Shown: piece by piece, positions 50,020 to 59,934 of the stretch
Layout: every line of letters begins with the position of its first letter
Position numbering within the stretch: position 1 is the first letter of the stretch
Sequence record: DRR723986_19395
DNA length: 64,000 bases
Strand: one strand, 5' to 3'
Position numbers and translations under genes: made by a program
Notes under the pieces: model-generated
What the model was told of the DNA's origin: nothing
The model's database searches: none
Seen by the model: the letters and a program-made list of their open reading frames with translations, nothing else

Positions 50020-50031
50020 CTTTATCACAAA

Positions 50032-51027
50032 ATGGCTGATTCAAATTTCATAGATTATGTAAAGTTCTGTTCCAGGTCTGGGGCAGGTGGACCTGGATCT
50101 ACGCATTTTCGGAGAGAAAAGCATGTGCCTAAAGGAGGACCCGATGGCGGTGATGGCGGAAGAGGGGGACACATTATAGTAAGAGGCACGACTCAAGTAT
50201 GGACTTTGCTACATCTCAAGTACAAAAAACATGTTATTGCCGAGGCTGGGAAAAGTGGCGAGGGAGGAAGAAGAACTGGTGCTGACGGTAAGGATATAAT
50301 TTTGGAAGTACCACTTGGTACCATTGCAAAAGATGCTGAAACAGGAGAAAAACGCTTCGAAATCACAGAAGATGGCCAAGAAGTAATTCTTACCAAAGGC
50401 GGGAGAGGTGGACTGGGAAATGACCATTTCAAAACATCTACGAATCAAGCTCCTCATTATTCTCAGCCTGGAGAAGAAGGAATCGAAGAGTGGATTATTT
50501 TAGAGTTGAAGCTTCTGGCGGATGTAGGTTTGGTAGGATTTCCAAATGCGGGCAAATCGACCTTGCTTTCTTCTATATCTGCAGCTAGACCTGAGATTGG
50601 AGATTATCCTTTTACTACCCTTGTGCCAAATCTTGGCGTTGTAGCCTACAGAGGAGATCAATCTTTCGTGATGGCAGACATCCCAGGAATCATCGAAGGA
50701 GCTGCAGAAGGCAAAGGGCTAGGAATTCGTTTTCTCCGCCATATCGAGCGCAACTCGATTTTACTATTCATGGTGCCTGCAGACGCTGCTGATATTGGAG
50801 AGCAATACAGAATTTTACTGGGAGAACTGGAAAAGTATAATCCAGAATTGCTAGATAAGCGAAGACTGCTTGCTATATCCAAAGCAGATATGCTGGATGA
50901 AGAACTTGTCAAGGAAATGGAAAAAGAAGTCCCGGAAGGAATTCCTTATGTGTTTATATCTTCTGTCTCCCAATACAATCTTGACAGGCTTAAAGATCTA
51001 ATCTGGCAGGCTATACACGAGGGGTAA
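50032..51027 (+). CDS. obgE: GTPase ObgE/CgtA
   Basis: [27 protein letters not shown] and DIPG motifs. Confidence 0.97.
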   Translation: MADSNFIDYVKFCSRSGAGGPGSTHFRREKHVPKGGPDGGDGGRGGHIIVRGTTQVWTLLHLKYKKHVIAEAGKSGEGGRRTGADGKDIILEVPLGTIAKDAETGEKRFEITEDGQEVILTKGGRGGLGNDHFKTSTNQAPHYSQPGEEGIEEWIILELKLLADVGLVGFPNAGKSTLLSSISAARPEIGDYPFTTLVPNLGVVAYRGDQSFVMADIPGIIEGAAEGKGLGIRFLRHIERNSILLFMVPADAADIGEQYRILLGELEKYNPELLDKRRLLAISKADMLDEELVKEMEKEVPEGIPYVFISSVSQYNLDRLKDLIWQAIHEG

Positions 51028-51029
51028 GG

Positions 51030-51072
51030 TGTCAGTTTGTCAGACATCGCGCAATGGCAACAATATTGATAA
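51030..51072 (+). promoter_or_regulatory. Candidate heat-shock promoter/operator of grpE-dnaJ
   Basis: TGTCA-gtt-TGTCA-N12-TGG-N8-TTGATAA. Confidence 0.55.
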
Positions 51073-51104
51073 CCCCATAACGCCAACTATTGTCTATTTC
51101 AATT

Positions 51105-51677
51105 ATGACTAATAAAGAACAAGTGGATCAAGAAATGAATCTCAAGGACGAGAATATCAATGAGGAAACGGTAGAAAACGCTTCTTCCGAAACGGAACTT
51201 GAAGAACAAGCTCCTCAAACTGAATCAGAAGAAAATAAATTGGAGTATGAAGTAGCCGATCTTAAAGATAAATACCTTCGTCTCTATTCAGATTTTGAGA
51301 ATTATAGAAAAAGAACTGCAAAGGAGCGATTGGATTTGATTTCAACAGCTTCCGAGGATGTTATTAGAGATCTAATTCCAATTTTGGATGATTTTGAGCG
51401 AGCTTTAAAAGCCAGTGAAAATGAGGCTGAAGGAGCTAAAGTAAGAGAAGGTAACCTTCTTATTTTTCAAAAATTCGGAAAAATACTTGGTTCAAAAGGC
51501 TTAAAGCCAATGGATGATCTAGTAGGTAAGCCTTTCGATCCGGAAACCCAGGAAGCAATAACCCAGATCCCGGCACCTAGCGAAGACTTGAAAGGAAAAG
51601 TAGTTGATGTAATCGAAAAAGGTTACGTATTAGGAGATAAAGTAGTACGCTACGCAAAAGTAGTGACAGGAGCATAA
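51105..51677 (+). CDS. grpE: Nucleotide exchange factor GrpE
   Basis: [17 protein letters not shown]...EA and [14 protein letters not shown] motifs. Confidence 0.96.
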   Translation: MTNKEQVDQEMNLKDENINEETVENASSETELEEQAPQTESEENKLEYEVADLKDKYLRLYSDFENYRKRTAKERLDLISTASEDVIRDLIPILDDFERALKASENEAEGAKVREGNLLIFQKFGKILGSKGLKPMDDLVGKPFDPETQEAITQIPAPSEDLKGKVVDVIEKGYVLGDKVVRYAKVVTGA

Positions 51678-51681
51678 TATT

Positions 51682-52797
51682 ATGGCGAAAAGAGATTATT
51701 ACGAAGTACTTGGAGTAACAAAGTCCGCATCTGCCGATGAAATAAAAAAGGCGTATCGGAAACTAGCGATTCAATTTCATCCGGATAAAAATCCTGACAA
51801 TCCAGAAGCTGAAGACAAATTCAAAGAAGCAGCTGAGGCTTACGAGGTTTTAAGTAATCCTGAGAAAAAGCAACGTTATGATCAATTTGGTCATCAAGGT
51901 GTTGGTGGAGCTGGAGGTTTTGGCGGCGGTGGAATGAACATGGATGACATCTTTTCCCAATTCGGCGATATTTTCGGCGGAGGAGGCGGAGGCGGTTTCG
52001 GTTCATTTTTCGGCGGAGGCGGCGGTGGCCGTCGCACCAAAAAAGGAACGAATCTTCGCGTAAAGATGAAGTTAACTCTTGCTGAGATTGCTAATGGCGT
52101 GGAGAAAAAGATTAAAGTGAAACGCCATCTTATAGCTGATGGAGTCACTTTCAAATCTTGTTCAGCATGCCAAGGATCTGGCCAGGTTAAGAAAGTAGTG
52201 AATACGATGTTGGGCCAAATGGTTTCAGCTAGCACCTGCGGTGTTTGTGGGGGAAGTGGTCAGATTGTAGATAAAAAGCCTGCTGATGCTGACGCAAGAG
52301 GTCTAGTGGTGAAAGAGGAAGTGATTTCTATCAATATCCCTGGCGGGGTAGCTGAAGGAATGCAGCTAAGTATGTCTGGCAAAGGGAATGAGATTCCTGG
52401 TGGAATTGCCGGAGATCTTCTTATAGTTATAGAGGAAATTGAAGATAAAGTACTTCAACGTGATGGGAATAATGTGATCTATGATCTATACGTTTCCTTT
52501 GTAGATGCAGCACTTGGTGCTTCTATAGAGGTGCCAACCATAGAAGGAAAAGTAAAAATCAAAATTGAGCAAGGAACTCAAAGTGGTAAAATGCTCCGTT
52601 TGAAAGGAAAGGGTATTAAAGATATAAATGGATATACCAAAGGTGATCAATTGATCATGGTCAATGTGTGGACGCCTACCCATCTATCCAAAGATGAAAA
52701 AGAAGCGTTAGAAGGACTGAGATACTCAGACAACTTCAAACCAGATCCAGGAAACAGCGAGAAATCCTTCTTTGATAAAATGAAAGAGTTCTTTTAA
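51682..52797 (+). CDS. dnaJ: Molecular chaperone DnaJ
   Basis: J domain with HPD, G/F-rich region, two CXXCXGXG motifs, C-terminal domain. Confidence 0.96.
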   Translation: MAKRDYYEVLGVTKSASADEIKKAYRKLAIQFHPDKNPDNPEAEDKFKEAAEAYEVLSNPEKKQRYDQFGHQGVGGAGGFGGGGMNMDDIFSQFGDIFGGGGGGGFGSFFGGGGGGRRTKKGTNLRVKMKLTLAEIANGVEKKIKVKRHLIADGVTFKSCSACQGSGQVKKVVNTMLGQMVSASTCGVCGGSGQIVDKKPADADARGLVVKEEVISINIPGGVAEGMQLSMSGKGNEIPGGIAGDLLIVIEEIEDKVLQRDGNNVIYDLYVSFVDAALGASIEVPTIEGKVKIKIEQGTQSGKMLRLKGKGIKDINGYTKGDQLIMVNVWTPTHLSKDEKEALEGLRYSDNFKPDPGNSEKSFFDKMKEFF

Positions 52798-52803
52798 TAC
52801 AAT

Positions 52804-52831
52804 AAAGCCAGAAGCAATTCTGGCTTTTTTT
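52804..52831 (+). terminator. dnaJ terminator
   Basis: aaagccagaa-gcaa-ttctggctttttt. Confidence 0.8.
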
Positions 52832-52876
52832 ATATTTTTAAAAAACCTTTTTAAAGTCGCCTCGTAACCTTACCGT

Positions 52877-53764
52877 ATGCTTAAAAGATTGTGTCTGCTT
52901 TTTCTGATGATGATTGGATGGGTAGCTGTGGGTAAGGCGCAACTAGTCAAAGAGTTCAAGGCGACAGAAAAAGACGGTTTTGATATGGTTGCTTTGGAGT
53001 TCACCTCCTACAAGAGTACCACACAGCTGAAGAGAACCAAATCTTCAGATCCTGTCTATATTCATGGGCATCTCGATCAAACGAATATCCTTCCGGTATT
53101 TTCTCAGAAAGTATCAAATAATATACTTCAGACCACATTGGTTCATAAGAACGTGGAGTCCGAAAATCTCGGTAAAAGTATCACATCCAAACTCTTTTCG
53201 GGATCTTCGGATGATTTTGATCACAGCTGGAATGTAGGTTTAAGTACCAATTATCTTTATCATCTCGATTTTAATTTGGGAATGGGCAAGTCAGACTTTG
53301 ACCTTGCCAATCTAACCATCAGTCAGCTGAAAGTGAAAAGTGCCAGTGCTGATGTGGCTATCCGCTATAGTAGCGATTCTCCAAATCAAGTTCAGATGGA
53401 TACCCTTTTGGTAACCCTAAATATGGGGACCGTGGTGGTAAATGATGCCAATTTCACCAATGCCAAGAGAATGATATTCGAAGTTAACTATGGCAAAATC
53501 GATTTGGATTTCTCAGATGGCATGCATAATGCCAGCCATATTATTGCTGCAGTTGGTGCAGGAACACTTCACGTGCGTTTGCCTTCTGACTCTTTTCCCA
53601 TCAAAATAAAAATGAGAACTACGGCTATGTGTAAAACCTCCATGCCTAAGTATTTAAAGACTTTAGAAAAAGGGACTTACGTTACAAAAGGCTATAAACC
53701 CAATGATCCAAGACTGATGGAATTGATCATTGATGTAGGAGTGGGTTCTTTAACAGTGGAATAA
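52877..53764 (+). CDS. Hypothetical exported protein, probably beta-solenoid (DUF2154/DUF4097-like)
   Basis: Signal peptide; repeated strand-turn units (LGMGKSDFDL, LNMGTVVV, VNYGKIDLDF, VGAGTLHVRL, VGVGSLTV). Confidence 0.6.
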   Translation: MLKRLCLLFLMMIGWVAVGKAQLVKEFKATEKDGFDMVALEFTSYKSTTQLKRTKSSDPVYIHGHLDQTNILPVFSQKVSNNILQTTLVHKNVESENLGKSITSKLFSGSSDDFDHSWNVGLSTNYLYHLDFNLGMGKSDFDLANLTISQLKVKSASADVAIRYSSDSPNQVQMDTLLVTLNMGTVVVNDANFTNAKRMIFEVNYGKIDLDFSDGMHNASHIIAAVGAGTLHVRLPSDSFPIKIKMRTTAMCKTSMPKYLKTLEKGTYVTKGYKPNDPRLMELIIDVGVGSLTVE

Positions 53765-53781
53765 TTCCTATTTTTTCAGAT

Positions 53782-54675
53782 ATGCTAAAAATCGAAAAGC
53801 TTAATAAATCCTATGGGGCCAATAAGGCGCTAACAGATGTGGATTTAAATGTATCGGAAGGAGTGGTTTTTGGACTTCTCGGGCCTAATGGAGCGGGTAA
53901 AACCACGCTGATTCGGATTATCAATCAGATTATAGATAGCGATAGCGGTGAAGTTTACATTGGGGGTGAGCTTTTGGCACCTAAGCATATTGGACTGATT
54001 GGCTACTTGCCAGAAGAGCGTGGGCTTTATAAGAAAATGAAGGTCTGGGATCAGATGCTTTATTTCGCGAGATTAAAAGGACTTAGTCCTCATGAGGCCA
54101 AACTGAAGATCAAATACTGGCTGGAAAAGCTGGAAATGGAAACTTGGAAGGACAAGAAGATTGAAGATCTATCAAAAGGCATGGCGCAGAAAGTCCAGTT
54201 TATCTCCACAATAATTCATAATCCTCCGCTCTTGATCCTCGATGAACCTTTCTCCGGTTTTGATCCAGTAAATGCAGAAATTATCAAAAATGAGATTTTG
54301 GAACTCAAGGAGAAAGGCACCACAGTGATCCTCAGTACTCACAGAATGGAGTCTGTAGAGCTGCTGTGTGACCAGGTCGCAATGATCAATCGCTCGAAGA
54401 AAATCTTGGATGGTACAATCAAGCAGGTGAAATCCATCTATAGACCGGAAGTCTATACGATAACTCTTGATCACCTTACTAGAGATTTGCCGACGGAGTG
54501 GATATCCAAACAAGACGAAGGAAGCTACAGTTTTACGCTACCTCTTAGTGGGAAATTGCCGAATGAACTTCTCAATGAGTTAATGCAATATGGTCAAGTG
54601 AGCCAGTTTCAAGAACTGATTCCGAGTATGGAAGAAATTTTTATTCACCAGGTAAAGTCAACAGAAAATGGATAA
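53782..54675 (+). CDS. ABC-2 transporter ATP-binding protein (NatA-like)
   Basis: GPNGAGKTT, YLPEERGLY, LSKGMAQK and DEPFSGFDP motifs. Confidence 0.93.
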   Translation: MLKIEKLNKSYGANKALTDVDLNVSEGVVFGLLGPNGAGKTTLIRIINQIIDSDSGEVYIGGELLAPKHIGLIGYLPEERGLYKKMKVWDQMLYFARLKGLSPHEAKLKIKYWLEKLEMETWKDKKIEDLSKGMAQKVQFISTIIHNPPLLILDEPFSGFDPVNAEIIKNEILELKEKGTTVILSTHRMESVELLCDQVAMINRSKKILDGTIKQVKSIYRPEVYTITLDHLTRDLPTEWISKQDEGSYSFTLPLSGKLPNELLNELMQYGQVSQFQELIPSMEEIFIHQVKSTENG

Positions 54676-55978
54676 AATCTGGTTAGTAATTCAGCGTGAA
54701 TATGTCGCTCGGGTTAAAAAGAAATCGTTTTTGCTTGTCACCTTATTGACTCCTTTGATTTTCCCAGCCATCATGGGGATTTTCGTGTGGATTGCTTTAG
54801 AAGAGGAAGACAATCAAGCGCTGAGAATCATCGAGGTGGTAGATGATAATAAGCTGTTTTTCTTGGAAAGTTCTGAGCAGTATGCTTTTTCCTTTTCGGA
54901 TATAAACTCTGAAGAAGCCAAGAAATTAGTACAGGACGGAGACCGTTACGGCTTTCTGCATATCCCTAAGTTTGATATAAAAGATCCAACGGGGATTTCT
55001 TTTTATGGAGAAGAAAATCCTAGTATGAGTCTGATCAGCTATTTGGAAAATAATCTGCGGAAGAAAATCGAGGAACAACGGCTTTTTGAAAGTGGAATTG
55101 ATCCAAAAATTATAAATGATGTTCGTACAAAAGTGGCGATCAAATCCATTACGCTAGATGAAGAAGGGACAGAAACTGTAAGTGATGCAACTGTGAATTA
55201 TGCGATTGGCTTTGTAGCTGGGATTTTGATTTACATGTTCATTTTCATCTATGGCAATCAGATTATGCAAGGTGTGATTGAAGAAAAGTCCAGTAGGATC
55301 GTGGAGATATTGGTATCTTCACTCAAACCATTTCAGTTGATGCTGGGGAAAATCATTGGCATTGCTGGAGTAGGATTAACTCAGCTTCTAATTTGGATCG
55401 TGCTAGTGGGAACGTTGACGACTATTGTGACGGGCTTTCTGGGGATGCAAATGCCCCAGCAACAGGCGATGGAATTGGCCAATCCTGAATTGGCTCAAGG
55501 ACTAGCTCAAAACACAGAAATGGGTGAAATACTGCAAGTGATCGCAGGAATTAATTACATGCAGATAGCCTTAAGTTTTGTTTTTTACTTCTTGGGCGGA
55601 TACTTATTGTATGGAGCTTTGTTTGCTGCAATTGGATCTGCGGTGGATGCACCTTCGGACGCGCAGCAGTTTATGTTACCCGTAACTATTCCTTTGATTG
55701 TAGCCTACATGGGTTTGTTTGTTTTTGTACTGAATGATCCTACCAGCACTACGTCATTTTGGCTATCAGTAGTTCCGCTGACTTCGCCGATTGCGATGAT
55801 GGGTAGGGTAAGTTATGGCGTGCCATTTTGGGAGCTAGCCTTATCTATGGGGCTTTTAATCGTTGGCTTTTTATTTACTACTTGGGTAGCGGGTAAGATC
55901 TACCGAATAGGAATTCTGATGCATGGAACAAAGCCAAGCTATAAGACACTTTGGAAGTGGATCAAGACGAATAATTGA
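54668..55978 (+). CDS. ABC-2 transporter permease (NatB-like)
   Basis: REY..RV, VIEEKSSRIVEIL.SS and GKIIG motifs; multiple TM helices. Confidence 0.92.
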   Translation: MDKIWLVIQREYVARVKKKSFLLVTLLTPLIFPAIMGIFVWIALEEEDNQALRIIEVVDDNKLFFLESSEQYAFSFSDINSEEAKKLVQDGDRYGFLHIPKFDIKDPTGISFYGEENPSMSLISYLENNLRKKIEEQRLFESGIDPKIINDVRTKVAIKSITLDEEGTETVSDATVNYAIGFVAGILIYMFIFIYGNQIMQGVIEEKSSRIVEILVSSLKPFQLMLGKIIGIAGVGLTQLLIWIVLVGTLTTIVTGFLGMQMPQQQAMELANPELAQGLAQNTEMGEILQVIAGINYMQIALSFVFYFLGGYLLYGALFAAIGSAVDAPSDAQQFMLPVTIPLIVAYMGLFVFVLNDPTSTTSFWLSVVPLTSPIAMMGRVSYGVPFWELALSMGLLIVGFLFTTWVAGKIYRIGILMHGTKPSYKTLWKWIKTNN

Positions 55979-55992
55979 GAAGCTAAAATCTT

Positions 55993-56080
55993 AGTATTAA
56001 GTAGCAAGATAGAAATATCAAGGTGGTAGAGCTAAATACCAATGAATCAAGAGTCAGGAAAAAAGAGTCAAGAAGTAGCA
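55993..56080 (+). repeat. Degenerate solo heptamer array
   Basis: agtatta agtagca agataga aatatca aggtggt agagcta aatacca / tgaatca agagtca ggaaaaa agagtca / agtagca. Confidence 0.55.
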
Positions 56081-56092
56081 ATTTTTGAGAGA

Positions 56093-56124
56093 AAAAAATC
56101 CCGATCAGTTGCTGGTCGGGATTT
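56093..56124. terminator. Bidirectional terminator between the ABC permease gene and dps
   Basis: aaaatcccgatcag-ttg-ctggtcgggatttt. Confidence 0.75.
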
Positions 56125-56158
56125 TAGTTTAGGCGTTATTGGGGGAAGATCATTCTTA

Positions 56159-56629
56159 TTATCTCAAATACGCAGAAAGCATCCATACTACTTTTTCTTT
56201 TGCAGTAATGTAGTCACTCATCAGGGAAGCCGTTCCCTCATCGCCTGAAATTCCTGCTGCTTCGAGCGTTTCTCTTTCGAGTTGCAAAAGGGTGTTCATA
56301 TTTGACTTGATTATCTCCACCATTTTCATGGGATCTGTAATTTCTTTTGCCTCTTTGATAGAAGCAGTGTCAATGTATTCCTGATATGAAGAAAGTGGTC
56401 TGGCCCCTAAAGTCAAAATTCGTTCTGCAGTTTCGTCTACTGCCAAGTTCGCAGCATTGTAAAGTTCTTCAAATTTGGCATGAAGCTCAAAGAAATTTGG
56501 GCCGGAAACATTCCAATGAAAATTCCTCAAATTCTGGTAGTAAATCTGATAATTAGCTAGTAGGTCATTAAGTTTTTCTACCAATACCTTACTTTCTTTG
56601 ATTTCTAATCCAATGTCGTTCGTTTTCAT
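56159..56629 (-). CDS. dps: DNA protection during starvation protein (Dps ferritin)
   Basis: HWNVSGPNFFELHAKFEELY and DETAERI motifs. Confidence 0.95.
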   Translation of the reverse strand: MKTNDIGLEIKESKVLVEKLNDLLANYQIYYQNLRNFHWNVSGPNFFELHAKFEELYNAANLAVDETAERILTLGARPLSSYQEYIDTASIKEAKEITDPMKMVEIIKSNMNTLLQLERETLEAAGISGDEGTASLMSDYITAKEKVVWMLSAYLR

Positions 56630-56867
56630 ATGTCTGTTGTTTGTTTTTCTAGTGTCATATGGAATCTAGCATGCGATATAACTATCCCGTTTTGTGACGC
56701 CGGAGGGATGCTCGATTTCATATTTAAGTTGTTTAATTTTCTCTGCTTGAATTAAAGTATAAATTTACTCCATAGGTCGATACCTTCCCAACTGATAAAT
56801 TCTATCTTCAAGTCATACTATCTATGTGATTGGGAAGTTAGTAACGGTAGTAATTCAAGTTTGATTA

Positions 56868-58103
56868 ATGAAAAAAAGATTTCAAGACCTTACCTCTTTA
56901 GATTTTTATACAAATAAGAAGCAAGTCAAATGGCTTGTCGTTGCGGCCTCACTAATCATAGGAGCAGGTTCGATTTGGTATACTAATAGTCTGGTGGAGG
57001 AATTGCGCGAGCGGGAAAGGAGGCAGATCGAATTGCTGTCCAGTGCGCTGGAGTATGCAGCTACTACGATGGAGAATCTCACGTTTATCAATCAGGAGAT
57101 CATCCAACAGAATTATTCCATTCCGATCATTATGGTGGATGATTCGGCCAATCCTATTGAATTTAGAAATATACCTTTTAAGAATAATGCAAGTGCTGCC
57201 GATTCTGCAGAAACGCTGCAAAAGGAGCTGGCAGAGATGCGAGCGGAGTACGAACCTATTTTGCTTCCAGAGGCAGATATTCTGGTTTATTACAGGAACT
57301 CTGAATTGCTGATTAATCTAAAGTATTATCCTTACGTGCAATTAGGAATTATTCTGATTTTTGGGGTATTGGCTTATGCGCTTTTCAACCAAAGTAAAAT
57401 TGCCGAGCAAAACCGTGTGTGGGCTGGTCTTACTAAAGAAACTGCGCATCAATTGGGAACGCCGATCGCTTCTTTGATGGCTTGGATTGATTACCTGCGA
57501 AACTCTCCAGTCTGGGAGGAAAATAAGGAAATCATCACCGAAATGGATAAGGACGTGGTGAAGCTGAGGATGGTGACGGAGCGATTTAGCAGTATTGGCA
57601 GTAAGCCCGTGATCCAATCAGGGAATGTCTACGAAGCAATTGACGAAACAATTAATTACCTCCGTCCGAGAATATCTACCAAAGTGGATTTGAATATTCA
57701 TGCAGACACTAAGGATCTCGATGCGATGATGAATAAGCCACTGTTTGAGTGGGTGATAGAAAATATCTGTAAAAATGCTGTAGATGCGATGAAGGGTAAA
57801 GGGCAGATTGATATTACCATTCTACAGGATAGTGATAAGTATGTGATTATAGATATCACAGACACCGGGAAGGGCATGGAAAAGCGAATGTACAAACGTG
57901 TATTTAATCCAGGATTCTCTACCCGTCAAAGAGGTTGGGGGCTGGGTTTGACGCTCGCAAAAAGAATCGTGGAAGGATATCATGGCGGGAGGATTTTTGT
58001 CAAAAACTCAGAAGTTGGAGTAGGAACCACCTTTAGGATATTGCTTCACGGAAATCATGAAGGGGCCTCACAGTTTATTACCGAGGGAATCTTGGAGTAT
58101 TAG
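56868..58103 (+). CDS. Orphan membrane sensor histidine kinase
   Basis: Two TM helices; H box ETAHQLGTP, N box ENICKNAVDA, DTGKG, F.PGFST and GWGLGL. Confidence 0.92.
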   Translation: MKKRFQDLTSLDFYTNKKQVKWLVVAASLIIGAGSIWYTNSLVEELRERERRQIELLSSALEYAATTMENLTFINQEIIQQNYSIPIIMVDDSANPIEFRNIPFKNNASAADSAETLQKELAEMRAEYEPILLPEADILVYYRNSELLINLKYYPYVQLGIILIFGVLAYALFNQSKIAEQNRVWAGLTKETAHQLGTPIASLMAWIDYLRNSPVWEENKEIITEMDKDVVKLRMVTERFSSIGSKPVIQSGNVYEAIDETINYLRPRISTKVDLNIHADTKDLDAMMNKPLFEWVIENICKNAVDAMKGKGQIDITILQDSDKYVIIDITDTGKGMEKRMYKRVFNPGFSTRQRGWGLGLTLAKRIVEGYHGGRIFVKNSEVGVGTTFRILLHGNHEGASQFITEGILEY

Positions 58104-58104
58104 G

Positions 58105-58260
58105 GATTTGTGATTTCGGATATATGATTTACGAGATTCCCGATAGAGTTAAGCGAAAACTACTATTCTGAGCTTTTTGAAAAAAGAATGAAGGTAAACT
58201 TGTAGGCAAAGATCGAAGTCCCAATTGAACTCGTAAATCCAAAATCGTAATTCGTAAATT
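58105..58260. repeat. Inverted heptamer arrays enclosing about 90 bp, possibly a decayed four-helix-bundle cassette
   Basis: Left arm gatttgt gatttcg gatatat gatttac gag; right arm ctc gtaaatc caaaatc gtaattc gtaaatt. 58126-58135 is the exact reverse complement of 58230-58239. Confidence 0.75.
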
Positions 58261-58280
58261 CTTTCCACCTATTTTTTCCC

Positions 58281-58288
58281 TACCTTTG
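58281..58288 (+). promoter_or_regulatory. -7 promoter box (TACCTTTG) of prfC
   Basis: Exact TAnnTTTG match 22 nt before ATG 58311. Confidence 0.6.
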
Positions 58289-58310
58289 CAGCCTTAATTT
58301 GATGTCACCC

Positions 58311-59891
58311 ATGAGTTTGAAAGAAGAAATCCAGAAGCGTAGAACCTTTGCAATTATTGCTCACCCTGATGCAGGAAAGACTACTTTGACTGAAAAGTTG
58401 TTGCTTTTTGGTGGTGCGATACAGACAGCGGGTGCGGTGAAATCCAATAAAATCGACACAGGAACCAAGTCGGATTGGATGGCAATAGAGAAGCAAAGAG
58501 GGATTTCCGTGGCTACTTCTGTCATGGGCTTTGAATATAAAGACATCAAAATCAACCTGCTTGATACGCCTGGTCACCAAGATTTTGCTGAGGATACTTA
58601 CCGCACATTGACGGCGGTCGATTCAGTTATCATGGTGATAGACTGTGTGAAAGGGGTGGAGATTCAGACGGAGAAACTGATGGAAGTTTGCCGGATGAGA
58701 AATACCCCAGTAATCTGCTTTATCAACAAACTCGATAGAGAGGGCCGTGATCCATACGAGCTGATTGAAGAAGTTGAGCAAAAGCTGAATATACAGTGCC
58801 GTCCGCTTTCTTGGCCTATCGGCATGGGAAAGACATTCAAAGGTGTTTACAATCTGTTTGATCACAAACTCAATCTTTTTACCCCGTCTCAACGAAAACT
58901 CAGTGATGTTCGCCAATCTTTTGAAGATGTGAATGATCCTGAATTGGAAGAATTAATCGGGAAAAACTACGCTAATCAGCTTCGCGAAGATGTGGAATTG
59001 ATCGAGGGTGTGTATCCTGATTTTGATCCTACAGAATATTTGGAAGGCAAAGTGGCACCGGTATTCTTTGGCTCAGCAGTGAATAACTTCGGCATCAATG
59101 AGATGTTGGATACGTTTATCAAAATTGCACCAGCACCGAAAAGCCGAAGAACCGAGGAACGTGAGGTGAAGCCTGATGAGAAGAAATTCTCTGGCTTTGT
59201 ATTTAAGATTCACGCCAACATGGATCCAAATCACCGAAACAGGATTGCATTCTTGAGAATATGCTCAGGGACTTTTGAGAGAAATAAACCTTACAATCAC
59301 GTGCGCGGGCCAAAGCCTTTGCGCTTTTCCAATGTGACCCAATTTATGGCGCAGGATAAGGAGATGATCGATGAGGCATTCCCAGGTGATATTGTGGGAC
59401 TTTACGATACTGGAAACCTGAAAATCGGGGATACGCTGACAGATGGAGAAGACATGCAGTTTGTTGGGATTCCGAGTTTCTCCCCGGAGATTTTCCGTGA
59501 GGTGGTGAACAAGGATGCCATGAAAACCAAGCAACTTGAGAAAGGCTTGAAGCAACTGATGGAAGAAGGAGTAGCGCAGCTTTTTACCTTCGATATGGGT
59601 TCTAGAAAAGTAGTCGGGACAGTCGGGCAGCTTCAGTTTGAAGTAATCCAGTTCCGATTGAAAAACGAATACAATGCCACGGTAGAGTTTCATCCTATGA
59701 ACCTGTACAAAGCCTGCTGGATCACCAGCAAGGACAAGAAGCAGCTGGAGGAATTTGTCCGCTCCAAAAACCGTCACATTGCCCATGATAAAGACGGTAA
59801 GCTGGTATTTATGGCCGAGTCAAAAGCCTGGCTTCAGATGGTAATGGATAATTATCCTGAGATAGAGTTTCACTTTACTTCGGATATTTGA
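58311..59891 (+). CDS. prfC: Peptide chain release factor 3
   Basis: [42 protein letters not shown] and VGQLQFEV motifs. Confidence 0.97.
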   Translation: MSLKEEIQKRRTFAIIAHPDAGKTTLTEKLLLFGGAIQTAGAVKSNKIDTGTKSDWMAIEKQRGISVATSVMGFEYKDIKINLLDTPGHQDFAEDTYRTLTAVDSVIMVIDCVKGVEIQTEKLMEVCRMRNTPVICFINKLDREGRDPYELIEEVEQKLNIQCRPLSWPIGMGKTFKGVYNLFDHKLNLFTPSQRKLSDVRQSFEDVNDPELEELIGKNYANQLREDVELIEGVYPDFDPTEYLEGKVAPVFFGSAVNNFGINEMLDTFIKIAPAPKSRRTEEREVKPDEKKFSGFVFKIHANMDPNHRNRIAFLRICSGTFERNKPYNHVRGPKPLRFSNVTQFMAQDKEMIDEAFPGDIVGLYDTGNLKIGDTLTDGEDMQFVGIPSFSPEIFREVVNKDAMKTKQLEKGLKQLMEEGVAQLFTFDMGSRKVVGTVGQLQFEVIQFRLKNEYNATVEFHPMNLYKACWITSKDKKQLEEFVRSKNRHIAHDKDGKLVFMAESKAWLQMVMDNYPEIEFHFTSDI

Positions 59892-59893
59892 TA

Positions 59894-59931
59894 ATAACCC
59901 CTCCAGGTTTTTTGGAAACTGGAGGGGTTAT
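59894..59931. repeat. REP-like palindrome, probably also a bidirectional terminator
   Basis: ataacccctccag-N12-ctggaggggttat; resembles 61104-61136. Confidence 0.65.
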
Positions 59932-59934
59932 ACT

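Noticed and set aside
56042-56248. 68-aa ORF MNQESGKKSQE
   Set aside because: It reads through the heptamer array and terminator into antisense dps.
56770-56826. OxyR-type site upstream of dps
   Set aside because: ATAG and CTAT words are present but not at the ATAG-N7-CTAT spacing. It is biologically plausible but not supported by the sequence.
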